From: Minisyncoccota bacterium | Lineage (GTDB): Bacteria; Patescibacteriota; Minisyncoccia; JAHIHE01; JAGLIN01 | Direction: 5' to 3' | Length of the DNA: 57,961 nucleotides | Assembly: GCA_023143145.1 (NCBI GenBank) | Contig: JAGLID010000066.1 | Coordinates: 1-57,961, forward strand | Shown: piece after piece, positions 39,096 through 48,568 of the stretch | Numbering within the stretch: the first letter of the stretch is position 1 | Layout: every line of letters begins with the position of its first letter | The notes under the pieces: model-generated | Databases searched by the model: none | What the model saw: only the letters and a program-made list of their open reading frames with translations | Told to the model about the DNA's origin: nothing | Position numbers and translations under genes: made by a program

Positions 39096-40241
39096 ATGGG
39101 TCTTTCGCCAAAAGAACAAATTATTGACCAAATCAACAAAAGTGAGACAATTTTGCTTTGTACTAGCAAAAATCCAAGTGGAGACGCACTAGGCTCAGCT
39201 TTGGGTTTTTATGATGCACTGAAAAAATTAGGTAAAAAAATAGATGTCGTGAGCCCAACCGCAATTTTAGAGAAATTTTCTTTTATGCCTTCTTCAGAAC
39301 TAATTACCCATAAGTTGGAGGGAGCTCGTGATTATATATTTTCTGTCGACATCAAAAAAGATAAATTACAGCAACTTAGATACGAAGTAGAAGAAAATAA
39401 ATTGAAAATATTTATCACAGCAAGAAGCGGTGATTTAAATGAAAAAAATATATCCCTTGATTCTTCAAAGTTTAAATATGATTTAATCATAATTCTTAGT
39501 ACTTCAGATCTTGAAAACCTTGGCATTGTTTATGATGATAATTCTGAACTTTTTTATGATACGCCAGTTGTGAATATCGACAACGATCCTTCAAATGAAT
39601 TTTTTGGAAAAATTAATCTTGTTGATGTTACAATGTCTTCAACTTCTGAAATAGTCTACAGTATTATTTCTGAACTTGATAAAAAATTATTTGATGAAAA
39701 CATTGCCACTAATCTTTTAACAGGAATAATTTCGAAAACAGAAAGTTTTCAAAATATAAATACCACTCCAAAATCATTTCTAACAGCAGCCGCCTTAATT
39801 TCAAAAGGAGCAAACAAAGAAAACATCATAAGATATCTATATAAAACGAAATCAATATCAGTTCTAAAAATTATGGGAACTATTATGTCTAATTTGAAAT
39901 ATAATAGTCAATATAAATTAGGCTGGTCCACTCTTAATAAAGATGACTTTGAGAGAACAAGCACTATTCCCGAAAATCTAAATTTAGTTGTAAGTGATCT
40001 TGCTCATAGCTCTCCCGAATTTAATTTATTACTTGTTTTGTATAAAAATAATGGAACTGTGTATGGTATTATTAATTGTACTGGCAAAAAAGATTATAGT
40101 GATTTGAAAAAATTATTAAAAGGACGAATAGAAGAAAATCAAATATTTTTCAAGGCTGATGAAAACGAACTTGACCTTGCCGAAAGAGAGGTCTTGAAGA
40201 AAATAAAAGAATATGAAGATAATATCAATTTGAAAATTTAA
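39096..40241 (+). CDS. DHH/DHHA1-fold NrnA-like protein lacking the catalytic DHH residues
   Basis: NrnA-like layout (NPSGDALGSALGFYDALKKLGKKIDVV ... NIDNDPSNEFFG ... GIISKTESF). Motif I reads SKNPSGD rather than H..PD.D. Motif III reads DND rather than DHH. Confidence 0.75.
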   Translation: MGLSPKEQIIDQINKSETILLCTSKNPSGDALGSALGFYDALKKLGKKIDVVSPTAILEKFSFMPSSELITHKLEGARDYIFSVDIKKDKLQQLRYEVEENKLKIFITARSGDLNEKNISLDSSKFKYDLIIILSTSDLENLGIVYDDNSELFYDTPVVNIDNDPSNEFFGKINLVDVTMSSTSEIVYSIISELDKKLFDENIATNLLTGIISKTESFQNINTTPKSFLTAAALISKGANKENIIRYLYKTKSISVLKIMGTIMSNLKYNSQYKLGWSTLNKDDFERTSTIPENLNLVVSDLAHSSPEFNLLLVLYKNNGTVYGIINCTGKKDYSDLKKLLKGRIEENQIFFKADENELDLAEREVLKKIKEYEDNINLKI

Positions 40242-40453
40242 ACCAATTTAATATACATTCGAAATGAGACTTGACCAGTCTTATTTTTTATTATATTTAT
40301 TTTTGTTTTGATACTTCTTAATTTATGATATAATGAATTAAATATAAAACATTCTGATTACAATATAAACTCTTTTCAAGAACATGTTAATGTTTGTTAT
40401 TAAAATTTTTATATATTAAGCTTATTTTAACCTTTATCTATTAATATAATAAT

Positions 40454-42172
40454 ATGCAACATTTAATTCATACTGATAAGGATAAAAACGCTAAAAAAGT
40501 CAAAGAACTAAAAGAAAAAGCTCAAGATAAAACAATACAACAATTATACCATAAAGGTGAAGAAGAAAAAGCAAGCGCCATGGCAAATAAATATAATCTT
40601 CCCTATATAGATTTAAGCTTAATCTCCGTAGTTTCCGAAACGGTAAGCCTGATTCCAAAAGAAATTGCCAAAAATGCTGGCCTGGCCGTAATTTATAAAG
40701 TCGGAAAAAAGTTACAAATCGCTGTCAGAGATCCTGAAAACTATGAAACAAAAAAAGCTCTCGAAAAAATCAAAACTGAGGATGGAATGAAATATACTTT
40801 AATAGTAGTTTCAGAATATAGTTTAAAAAAAGCCTGGCTCAGCTATGATATTTCAACTGTAACTAAAAAATTTGAAGACCAAGGAGTTACTCTGAGACAG
40901 GAAGACTTAACTGAATTTGAAAAAGGAGTACATAATATCATAGACCTCAAAAAAAGAATTGCCGAAATTAACACAACCGAAATATTTAATATAATTATGG
41001 CAGGAGCCATAAAAACGAAATCAAGTGATATTCATATTGAACCTAATCTTGATTACATAAGACTTCGATATAGAGTTGATGGAGTTTTGCAAGACATTGT
41101 TAATCTTCCTATAAAAGCAAATAGAACAATATTATCGAGAGTAAAAATGCTTTCCAAAATGAAATTGAATGTTACTGACATGCCACAAGATGGCCATTTC
41201 AGTATAAATTTAGAAAATAAAATAATAAATGTGAGAGCGTCTATTCTTCCAAGCAGTTTTGGTGAAAGCATTGTGATGAGAATCCTATCAGAAGATTCAA
41301 CAGGCTTGAAATTGGACGAACTGGGCTTCAACCAATATTATATGGAAAAAGTAGAAGAGCAACTTCTCAAACCAACCGGAATGCTTTTAGTTACAGGTCC
41401 GACGGGAAGTGGAAAGACAACAACACTATATTCATTTATTCGCAGACTCAATCAACCAAATATAAAAATTATTACCCTTGAAAATCCAGTTGAGTACAGA
41501 CTTGAAGGAATATCCCAAACCGAAATTCATCCCGATACTGGGTTAACTTTTTCCGAAGGTCTTAAAGCTGTGGTGCGACAAGATCCAGATGTGGTAATGG
41601 TAGGAGAAGTAAGAGATTCTGAAACTGCGGAAATATCAATTCAAGCTGCTCTAACAGGACACTCAGTACTTTCAACGTTACACACTAATAATGCGGCAGG
41701 CGCCATCCCAAGATTTCTACATCTTAAAGTGAGTCCAGCATTAATCTCTCCGTCAATAAATGCAATTATTGCACAAAGGTTAGTCAGAACCTTGTGTGAA
41801 CACTGTAAAGAAGAGTATGCTCCCGCTCAAGAGACAATTGATAGAATTAAAGAAGTAATATCAAAAATTCCAAAAAACAAGGTAATGGTGTTTCCAAAAG
41901 ACATTAAAACGATATACCGAAGTAAAGGATGTTCAAAATGTAATTTCATTGGCTACACAGGGAGAATAGGACTTTACGAAATGTTTACCTTGACCCAAAA
42001 TATTGAAAAGATTATTCTTAAAAGTACATCTGCATCAGAAGTAATGGCAAAGGCAATAGAAGATGGAATGATTACAATGCAAGAAGATGGAATTCTAAAG
42101 GCAATTGAAGGAGTAACATCACTAGAAGAGATAAGACGAGTAACAGGAGAAATTTTTGTTAATAAGTTTTAA
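40454..42172 (+). CDS. pilB: Type II/IV secretion ATPase (PilB/GspE family)
   Basis: GSPII_E N-terminal domain, Walker A GPTGSGKTTTLYS, Asp box, Walker B VVMVGEVRD, His box LTGHSVLSTLHTN and a tetracysteine motif CEHC...CSKC. Confidence 0.9.
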   Translation: MQHLIHTDKDKNAKKVKELKEKAQDKTIQQLYHKGEEEKASAMANKYNLPYIDLSLISVVSETVSLIPKEIAKNAGLAVIYKVGKKLQIAVRDPENYETKKALEKIKTEDGMKYTLIVVSEYSLKKAWLSYDISTVTKKFEDQGVTLRQEDLTEFEKGVHNIIDLKKRIAEINTTEIFNIIMAGAIKTKSSDIHIEPNLDYIRLRYRVDGVLQDIVNLPIKANRTILSRVKMLSKMKLNVTDMPQDGHFSINLENKIINVRASILPSSFGESIVMRILSEDSTGLKLDELGFNQYYMEKVEEQLLKPTGMLLVTGPTGSGKTTTLYSFIRRLNQPNIKIITLENPVEYRLEGISQTEIHPDTGLTFSEGLKAVVRQDPDVVMVGEVRDSETAEISIQAALTGHSVLSTLHTNNAAGAIPRFLHLKVSPALISPSINAIIAQRLVRTLCEHCKEEYAPAQETIDRIKEVISKIPKNKVMVFPKDIKTIYRSKGCSKCNFIGYTGRIGLYEMFTLTQNIEKIILKSTSASEVMAKAIEDGMITMQEDGILKAIEGVTSLEEIRRVTGEIFVNKF

Positions 42173-42193
42173 ATTAAGTTTTAGACATATAAA

Positions 42194-42227
42194 AAAGAAG
42201 ACGACATTAATATATGCCATCTTCTTT
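42194..42227. terminator. Bidirectional terminator-like hairpin between pilB and the convergent TPR gene
   Basis: aaagaag-20 nt-cttcttt, with flanking A and T runs. The stem is AT-rich. Confidence 0.35.
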
Positions 42228-42283
42228 TTGGAACATTATTGAAATTTATATGGTTTTTACGAAATAACACGTTACACCACAAA

Positions 42284-43213
42284 TTATTTATTCTTTATTT
42301 TTCCCAGAGAGCTCTTGAGCCAAAAAGCTATTTCCAAATTATGACTATCTATATCAGATGCTTTTTGGAAATTATCAAAAGACGCTTCATAATTACCTAA
42401 TATAAAATTAGATTTTCCCATAATCAGCCAAGCATCTCTATAACTGAGATCATTTCCACCAATTTCATTAATTTTGCCAATAGCCAGATAAGGCTGATTT
42501 ATTTTGTTATATAAATCGGCAACTAGAATATTCTTATACCTCTCATCTTTAATGTCACGATAATTCTCTAAAAACTCTTTGATCATTTTTAGCTCAAATT
42601 CATAATCGCTACCCTTTTTCTCGACTTGTTGAAAAAAAGAATTGTATTCAAAATTATTATAAAAATCAAGAAGACCTAAATAATATAATATTTCCGAATC
42701 ATCAGAATCCAAAGACAAATGAAAAAACATGTCAAAAGCTTTTTCATTTTTATTAATCGCAATAAAGCTTTTCCCGAGTTTAATTTTAACATCTTTCGAA
42801 GAATTAATTTGCTCTGATTTATTATAATAAATTATCGCGTTATTTATATTTCTCTCAGTATAATAAATATCCCCCATAATTTCATAAACGATAGAATCAC
42901 TTTTTTTTTCGTCAATTGCCATCAACAACTCCTGCCTCGCATTTTCTAATTCACCATGATCATAAAATATTTTTGCTCTTTGAATTCTAGCTTCATAAAC
43001 AGCATCTTTGCTTCCTTTAATCACCATTGTGTATTTATAGTTTCTTAAAGCTTCATCATAATCTTCTTTACTATTATTTATATTTCCTAGAAATAAATAT
43101 GAGTTCGAGGTTGAAACTTGCCATTTATAAATAAAAATGAGAAATATAAAAACAAAAAAAATAATCAGAATTATTTTTCTCCTCTCTTTACTAATGTTTA
43201 TAACAGAAATCAT
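42284..43213 (-). CDS. Membrane-anchored TPR-repeat protein
   Basis: N-terminal TM IILIIFFVFIFLIFIY followed by repeated Y..A...Y..A TPR-like units. Confidence 0.7.
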   Translation of the reverse strand: MISVINISKERRKIILIIFFVFIFLIFIYKWQVSTSNSYLFLGNINNSKEDYDEALRNYKYTMVIKGSKDAVYEARIQRAKIFYDHGELENARQELLMAIDEKKSDSIVYEIMGDIYYTERNINNAIIYYNKSEQINSSKDVKIKLGKSFIAINKNEKAFDMFFHLSLDSDDSEILYYLGLLDFYNNFEYNSFFQQVEKKGSDYEFELKMIKEFLENYRDIKDERYKNILVADLYNKINQPYLAIGKINEIGGNDLSYRDAWLIMGKSNFILGNYEASFDNFQKASDIDSHNLEIAFWLKSSLGKIKNK

Positions 43214-43482
43214 TTAATTAATACTATGTTTATAATATTCATAGCATAGCAAATTTAAACAAAAAAAGAAAGCATACAATAATTTGCAGACAGCTAGATC
43301 CTCAGCTTATAAAAGAATGAGGGTGGAGAAATTTCCGAGGAATAGACCAGAAAATTCCAATACAGGAACCCAAACTACCCGGGTCTGGGATAATATCCCC
43401 AACTGTCTACAAATTATTAAATACTTTTCAAAAATAAACACATTTCTGACTTGACTTGTCATTCTAGCAGAAAGAATCAATC

Positions 43483-43510
43483 TTGTCAAGAGCTGAGAAT
43501 CAGGTATAAT
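43483..43510 (+). promoter_or_regulatory. Sigma70-like promoter upstream of ruvB
   Basis: TTGTCA, a 16-nt spacer, then TATAAT, ~57 nt upstream of the ruvB ATG. Confidence 0.4.
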
Positions 43511-43567
43511 AACACCATACAATCACGTTAAAAATATCCCCGCTTAGAATATTAACTTTCTATAATT

Positions 43568-44581
43568 ATGAAAATTACAGACTCAATAGAACTTGCAGAA
43601 GATGAAAATTTAGACCTGTCTCTTCGTCCAAAGTTTTTGAAAGAATTCATTGGACAAGATAAAATCAAAAAAAATATTGACATCCTCATCAAAGCGGCTC
43701 AAAAAAGAAATGAGACAATTGAACATATTTTGTTTCACGGTTCAAGCGGTCTTGGGAAAACAACTCTGTCATATTTGATTGCCAATGAAATGAATAAAAA
43801 TATCAGAATCACTTCTGGTCCAGCAATTGAAAAAGTCGGAGATTTAGGAGCAATATTAACCAACATGGAAGATGGCGACATTTTATTCATTGACGAGATT
43901 CACAGACTAAATAAACTGATTGAAGAGGTTTTATATCCAGCCATGGAAGACTACGCCTTGGATATTATTGTCGGTAAGGGACCATCAGCAAGGACCATCA
44001 GATTGGATTTGCCAAAGTTTACTCTCATCGGAGCAACAACAAGAATTGACTTGATTTCGTCTCCTCTCCTAAATCGCTTTGGAATTTCTCAAAGACTTGA
44101 TTTTTATAATGATGAAGATATTCAACAAATAATAAAAAGATCTGGAAGGATCCTTGATATTGATATTAATTCCGTTGGAGCAGAAAAAATAGCAAAAAGT
44201 TCAAGACAAACCCCAAGAATTGCAAATCGTCTCTTGAAAAGAGTTCGTGACTTTGCTCAAGTTAAAGGGGATGGAATTATAAACGAAGACATCGTCAATC
44301 AAACTTTTAATCACCTTGAAATTGACAATTACGGATTAGAACACGCTGATAGAAAAATTCTGGAAATAATTATCAAAAAATTTGATGGCGGGCCAGTCGG
44401 AGTTTCCACAATTGCCGCCAGCCTAGGTGAACAAGAAGACACTGTTGAATATGTATACGAACCATATCTTTTGCAATTAGGATTTCTCCAAAGAACTCCT
44501 CGCGGAAGAAAAGCGACAAAGCTTGCCTATAATCATTTAGGTATTAACTATCCAGAAGACAATCAAAACACACTATTATAA
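43568..44581 (+). CDS. ruvB: Holliday junction DNA helicase RuvB
   Basis: [16 protein letters not shown], Walker [11 protein letters not shown], Walker [11 protein letters not shown], and [14 protein letters not shown]. Confidence 0.95.
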   Translation: MKITDSIELAEDENLDLSLRPKFLKEFIGQDKIKKNIDILIKAAQKRNETIEHILFHGSSGLGKTTLSYLIANEMNKNIRITSGPAIEKVGDLGAILTNMEDGDILFIDEIHRLNKLIEEVLYPAMEDYALDIIVGKGPSARTIRLDLPKFTLIGATTRIDLISSPLLNRFGISQRLDFYNDEDIQQIIKRSGRILDIDINSVGAEKIAKSSRQTPRIANRLLKRVRDFAQVKGDGIINEDIVNQTFNHLEIDNYGLEHADRKILEIIIKKFDGGPVGVSTIAASLGEQEDTVEYVYEPYLLQLGFLQRTPRGRKATKLAYNHLGINYPEDNQNTLL

Positions 44582-44597
44582 ATAATTTTCAACAAAT

Positions 44598-44870
44598 ATG
44601 TCATTAGACGCATCATTTCCATTCACAGATTTCCTAGCTTTTGTTTTTATTCCCTTAGGTATTTTTTTCCTTTTTGGCTGTCTGATTTTCTATCACTTAA
44701 ATCGCTATGGAATAAAAGGGGATTCAACAAAAAATGTGGCTATATTTTTTGTGATTGTTCTTCTTATTTTATCTTTTATGATAATTTATCTTTTCGGGAC
44801 GATAAATTGGAATGAAATATATATAAAAGATTTCATAAAAATATCAAATATAAGCATATTCAGCAAATAA
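44598..44870 (+). CDS. Small two-TM membrane protein
   Basis: Hydrophobic 90 aa ORF packed between ruvB and the next gene, whose start overlaps (stop/start taatATG). Confidence 0.5.
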   Translation: MSLDASFPFTDFLAFVFIPLGIFFLFGCLIFYHLNRYGIKGDSTKNVAIFFVIVLLILSFMIIYLFGTINWNEIYIKDFIKISNISIFSK

Positions 44871-44871
44871 T

Positions 44872-45459
44872 ATGACTAAAAAATCAATAAATTTACATAA
44901 AATCGACAAGTATATTTTTCCAGGACAACACGACAAAGAAAATGTAATTCTTGTTCTACGAAAACATCCCATATCTCTTCTTGGCTATGCCCTACAACTT
45001 TTATTCTTTATGTCTTTGCCTGTTTTGGCATACATCTTTCTTATTCCAATCGCGTTCCCAGAATTCTTAGAATATCCTTATCAAAATATTTATTTTCTAC
45101 TTTCTGTTGTTTTTTATGGTTTTGTCTGGATTGCGACTTTTGTGTTATGGGTAGACTATTACTTAGACATTTGGATTATAACAAACGAACGACTGCTTGA
45201 TATCGAACAAAAAGGATTTTTCAATCGTACGGTTTCAGAATTAGATTTGAAAAAAATACAAGACATTACAAGTAACGTCAGAGGAATAGTCCCAACAATG
45301 TTTGGTTTTGGAGACATCCAAATTCAAACAGCAGCAGAAGAAAAAAGGTTTGAGCTCAAATCAATCCATCATCCAGTGACAGCCCGCAGAAAAATTATCA
45401 AACTCTATAAACAAGCAAAGGAAAAAGATAGATTTATTTACAGAGATAGAGATGAATAA
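44872..45459 (+). CDS. Membrane protein with bacterial PH (bPH_2/DUF304, YdbT-like) domain
   Basis: Two TM helices, then ITNERLLDIEQKGFFNRTVSELDLKKIQDIT...GFGDIQIQTAAE..FELKSIHHP, typical of bPH_2. Confidence 0.65.
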   Translation: MTKKSINLHKIDKYIFPGQHDKENVILVLRKHPISLLGYALQLLFFMSLPVLAYIFLIPIAFPEFLEYPYQNIYFLLSVVFYGFVWIATFVLWVDYYLDIWIITNERLLDIEQKGFFNRTVSELDLKKIQDITSNVRGIVPTMFGFGDIQIQTAAEEKRFELKSIHHPVTARRKIIKLYKQAKEKDRFIYRDRDE

Positions 45460-45580
45460 AGATTAAATTGTTATATTGTTATATTGTTCTGCTAGTTTGT
45501 CGTTCTTGAGCGAAATGATACAATTTTGAGCGAAGAATCGCAAAATATCTACTTTCAAAATCAAACTTAATCACGAAAAC

Positions 45581-45608
45581 AAAAAACGGTCCACAAGCCG
45601 TTTTTTTT
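45581..45608. terminator. Bidirectional intrinsic terminator
   Basis: aaaaaacgg-tccacaag-ccgtttttttt between convergent genes. Confidence 0.6.
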
Positions 45609-45621
45609 ATAATTTTTAAGA

Positions 45622-46365
45622 TTAAAATCTAGGATTTTTTCTAGTATCGTCTTTAATGTCTTTTATAAATTTATCAACATCAAATTCTATACCAAAACAT
45701 TCTTTCAATAATACAGAAGCGATTACTGCATTACCGTATTTATTAAAATGAATAGTATCAATATCACCTTTTTTTGCATCAGTAATATTTTCGTTGCTCT
45801 CTTGAATTAAAGTATACATTTTACTTCGATATTTTTTCTTAATTAACTCAAAAAAGTCAACAAAAATAAGATTTGAATTATTTTCATACTCAATAGCAAT
45901 TTTTCTGTCATTCTCCAAAAAAATATTTATCTTTTCATTTCTTTTTTCATCAGAGGAAGGAACACTCGTTGTAAAAATAATATTGACTCCTTTTTTCAAC
46001 AACTTATCTATAATTTTTTTTGTATTTTTTGTAGTCTCTTTCAATTTAAACTTATAGTAAAAATCATTTTTAGAAATGCTTAAAAAAATTAAATCAGGAC
46101 TTTCTTTGATTACAAAGTCATCAAGATTATTAAGTAAATCCCTTGAACTGGCTCCATCTAGACCTGCATTAAACGATTGAATAAACCAAGCGGGAACCTT
46201 CCAATCTCCAATAATTTCATCCAACTTTTCTCTTAATGTATATCTCATTATCTCAGCCCAGTTTGGAAAAGAATAGGTAACAGTAGTTGTTGATGCTCCA
46301 TAAAAAACAATCTTAAAAACCTCCTCAGTCTTAATTTTATTTTCAATTTCGCTTATCAAATTCAT
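45622..46365 (-). CDS. SGNH/GDSL-family hydrolase
   Basis: Block I is degenerate (FYGASTT), block II is GLDGASS, and block V reads DTIHFNKYG. Confidence 0.7.
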   Translation of the reverse strand: MNLISEIENKIKTEEVFKIVFYGASTTTVTYSFPNWAEIMRYTLREKLDEIIGDWKVPAWFIQSFNAGLDGASSRDLLNNLDDFVIKESPDLIFLSISKNDFYYKFKLKETTKNTKKIIDKLLKKGVNIIFTTSVPSSDEKRNEKINIFLENDRKIAIEYENNSNLIFVDFFELIKKKYRSKMYTLIQESNENITDAKKGDIDTIHFNKYGNAVIASVLLKECFGIEFDVDKFIKDIKDDTRKNPRF

Positions 46366-46381
46366 ATTTATAAAAACTGAT

Positions 46382-47173
46382 TTATTTTATTAATATTAGA
46401 TTCTTATCAAATATCTTCTTATATGGATGAAATACTCTTACTCCTTTAGAATTTTTCAATTCCTTTTCAATAATACTTGTCTTAATGTTTTTATTCATAC
46501 AATTAAAAGTTTTTTCATTTTCAACATCAAACCAAGACTTATAAAAACCTGTATCATATAATTTAAATCCAAAGATTTGAGCAAAAAGAGGAATTCGCAG
46601 TTCATCATTGCAATAATCTGGCACATCGATTGAACTATATTTTTCCAAAAAATTTTTAGGAAGACATACTCCGGGACCAAGCGAGGCGTATGACAATTTG
46701 TTATAGTCAAAATTTATTTTCACAAATTCCAACAACTTAATCCGCTCTTTTTTATACGGATTTTTTGATGTCCATAACCATTTTTTTTCAATATTTTTCA
46801 ACTCAGTCAATCCTGTAACACCGACACTATTAACTGGAATGTTCCTATAAATATTATTTACAGAACTAAGTAGCAGTAAGTCCCACTCTATAATATAAAC
46901 CATATCGAAAGTAACTGATTTTCCTATTTCTCTATACCATTTACCTATAGCAAAATCACTATTCTTCCATTTCCAAAAGCTTGACTTACCTTTAATTTGA
47001 TAGATATTCACTAAATATTTATTTAAAATTTGCTCATATTTCTTAAAATCTTTTTTATCTCCACCGTACAAACCATAAATTGGTATTTTTGGATTCAATT
47101 TTTTTAATATTTTTAATCTGTTTTTACAAATTAAAGGATGTTTATGAAATCTAAATAGAATGATTCTTTTCAT
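46382..47173 (-). CDS. Hypothetical protein (263 aa) between two SGNH hydrolase genes
   Basis: Intact ORF, tightly spaced with both neighbours. No motif recognised. Confidence 0.5.
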   Translation of the reverse strand: MKRIILFRFHKHPLICKNRLKILKKLNPKIPIYGLYGGDKKDFKKYEQILNKYLVNIYQIKGKSSFWKWKNSDFAIGKWYREIGKSVTFDMVYIIEWDLLLLSSVNNIYRNIPVNSVGVTGLTELKNIEKKWLWTSKNPYKKERIKLLEFVKINFDYNKLSYASLGPGVCLPKNFLEKYSSIDVPDYCNDELRIPLFAQIFGFKLYDTGFYKSWFDVENEKTFNCMNKNIKTSIIEKELKNSKGVRVFHPYKKIFDKNLILIK

Positions 47174-47321
47174 ATTGATATTTAATTATTAACCATAAAA
47201 ACAACAATATGCTACCCTATCTTCTTTTCTACTTCTTTCATTAAATTCATATTTTATTTAAAATTTATTTGTTTTAATTTAACCTGTCATCCTGAGCTTA
47301 TCAAAATATTCTTTGAATATT

Positions 47322-48017
47322 TCAATTAGCTTTATCGTTTACACTCTGCAACCTTTTATTTTTTTCTACAACACCTTTCTTTAATAAATAATCCCTAACA
47401 ATTTCAAATATCTTTTTATGCCCAGCTGAATTTGGATGAACACCGTCTTTTAATAACTTTTTATAATCTAATCTCTTAAATTCTTCAAACATATTTATAA
47501 AATATATATTTTTCTCCTTACAAACAAGCTTTATCGCTTTGTTATTTTTTTCGACATCTCTATTCCTATACTCAATATTAGAATCCCATCCAGTAGGTGT
47601 TGTTCTGGTTTCATCAATAAGAGTTGGTCCGACAAAAACAATTTTTACGGAATATTTCTTAGCAATGATTAACAACTGCTTGAGATTTTCCGTAAAATCA
47701 TTTAAAGATGTATTAAAACTATTTCTGCTTTTAACAAACGCGGCATCATTTTTTCCTATTGATATAATAATAATGATTTCCTCTTTTTCCCCCGTATCCT
47801 CTCTTTCCCAAATTCTATGTTGAACTTCATACTCAAACCTTTTAAGCAAATCCTTTGAAGTGTCCCCAGAAACTCCAATATTATAAACCATATAATAATA
47901 ATCAGAGTTATTCAAACTCTCTTTTATATAAAAACTTTTTAATCTATTAGCCCAACCTCCCTGCTCGTCCCAATTACCAAAAACTATGCTATCCCCAAAA
48001 ACTAAAATTCGTGCCAT
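47322..48017 (-). CDS. SGNH/GDSL-family hydrolase
   Basis: All four blocks are present: VFGDSIVFG, GVSGDTS, ISIGKNDA and DGVHPNSAGH. Confidence 0.8.
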   Translation of the reverse strand: MARILVFGDSIVFGNWDEQGGWANRLKSFYIKESLNNSDYYYMVYNIGVSGDTSKDLLKRFEYEVQHRIWEREDTGEKEEIIIIISIGKNDAAFVKSRNSFNTSLNDFTENLKQLLIIAKKYSVKIVFVGPTLIDETRTTPTGWDSNIEYRNRDVEKNNKAIKLVCKEKNIYFINMFEEFKRLDYKKLLKDGVHPNSAGHKKIFEIVRDYLLKKGVVEKNKRLQSVNDKAN

Positions 48018-48034
48018 AATTTTATTAATTAAAT

Positions 48035-48550
48035 TTAAAACATCTTCAAGCCATGTCTCACCGACAAAATAAATTCGTCCCGATTTTCATCTATTTTATG
48101 CGATAATTCTTCTCTTAAAAACCATTTGATTTCTTCAACTTCGCTTTTTTTAATTCTAAATTCATCCAAATTCCTATCAATCTTGATTGAATACCACTGG
48201 CAAAAATAATTATACTTAGTGGCCATTCTTATTTTTATTCCTTTCTGTGGTATTATATTTTTAAGACCGATTTCTTCTTCCGCTTCTTTGATCATATTTA
48301 AATCATAAGTTTCATTTTCTTCAACTGTTCCAGTAACTGCGGGACCCCACTTTCCAGGACTATTCGTTTTATTCAGAGATCTTTTTGCGAGAAGAATCTC
48401 ATCTTTACTGTTCGTAACCCACAAAACAGAAACTCTATAAAGATCCTTTTCTGTTATAGATTCTCTTTCTTTCGTTCCTATTATGTTGTCTTCGTCGTCA
48501 ACAATAATGATTACATCCATAATTTTGTTATAGTGACTTAAAAGAATCAA
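48035..48550 (-). CDS. NUDIX hydrolase (IDI/YfcD-like subgroup); likely start MDVIIIV at ~48520
   Basis: Nudix box GTVEENETYDLNMIKEAEEEIGL, preceded by LLAKRSLNKTNSPGKWG. Confidence 0.8.
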   Translation of the reverse strand: MILLSHYNKIMDVIIIVDDEDNIIGTKERESITEKDLYRVSVLWVTNSKDEILLAKRSLNKTNSPGKWGPAVTGTVEENETYDLNMIKEAEEEIGLKNIIPQKGIKIRMATKYNYFCQWYSIKIDRNLDEFRIKKSEVEEIKWFLREELSHKIDENRDEFILSVRHGLKMF

Positions 48551-48568
48551 TAACTGTAATTAATAAAT

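Noticed and set aside
43307-43522. 71-aa ORF (TTG start) between the TPR gene and ruvB
   Set aside because: No SD, an implausible composition, and it overlaps the predicted ruvB promoter and a repeat copy. The region is better treated as non-coding.
45466-45486. Possible CRISPR or tandem-repeat array (tgttatattgttatattgtt), and a general scan for arrays
   Set aside because: There are only two copies of an 8-9 nt unit. No regularly spaced 25-40 nt repeats and no cas genes occur anywhere in the window.
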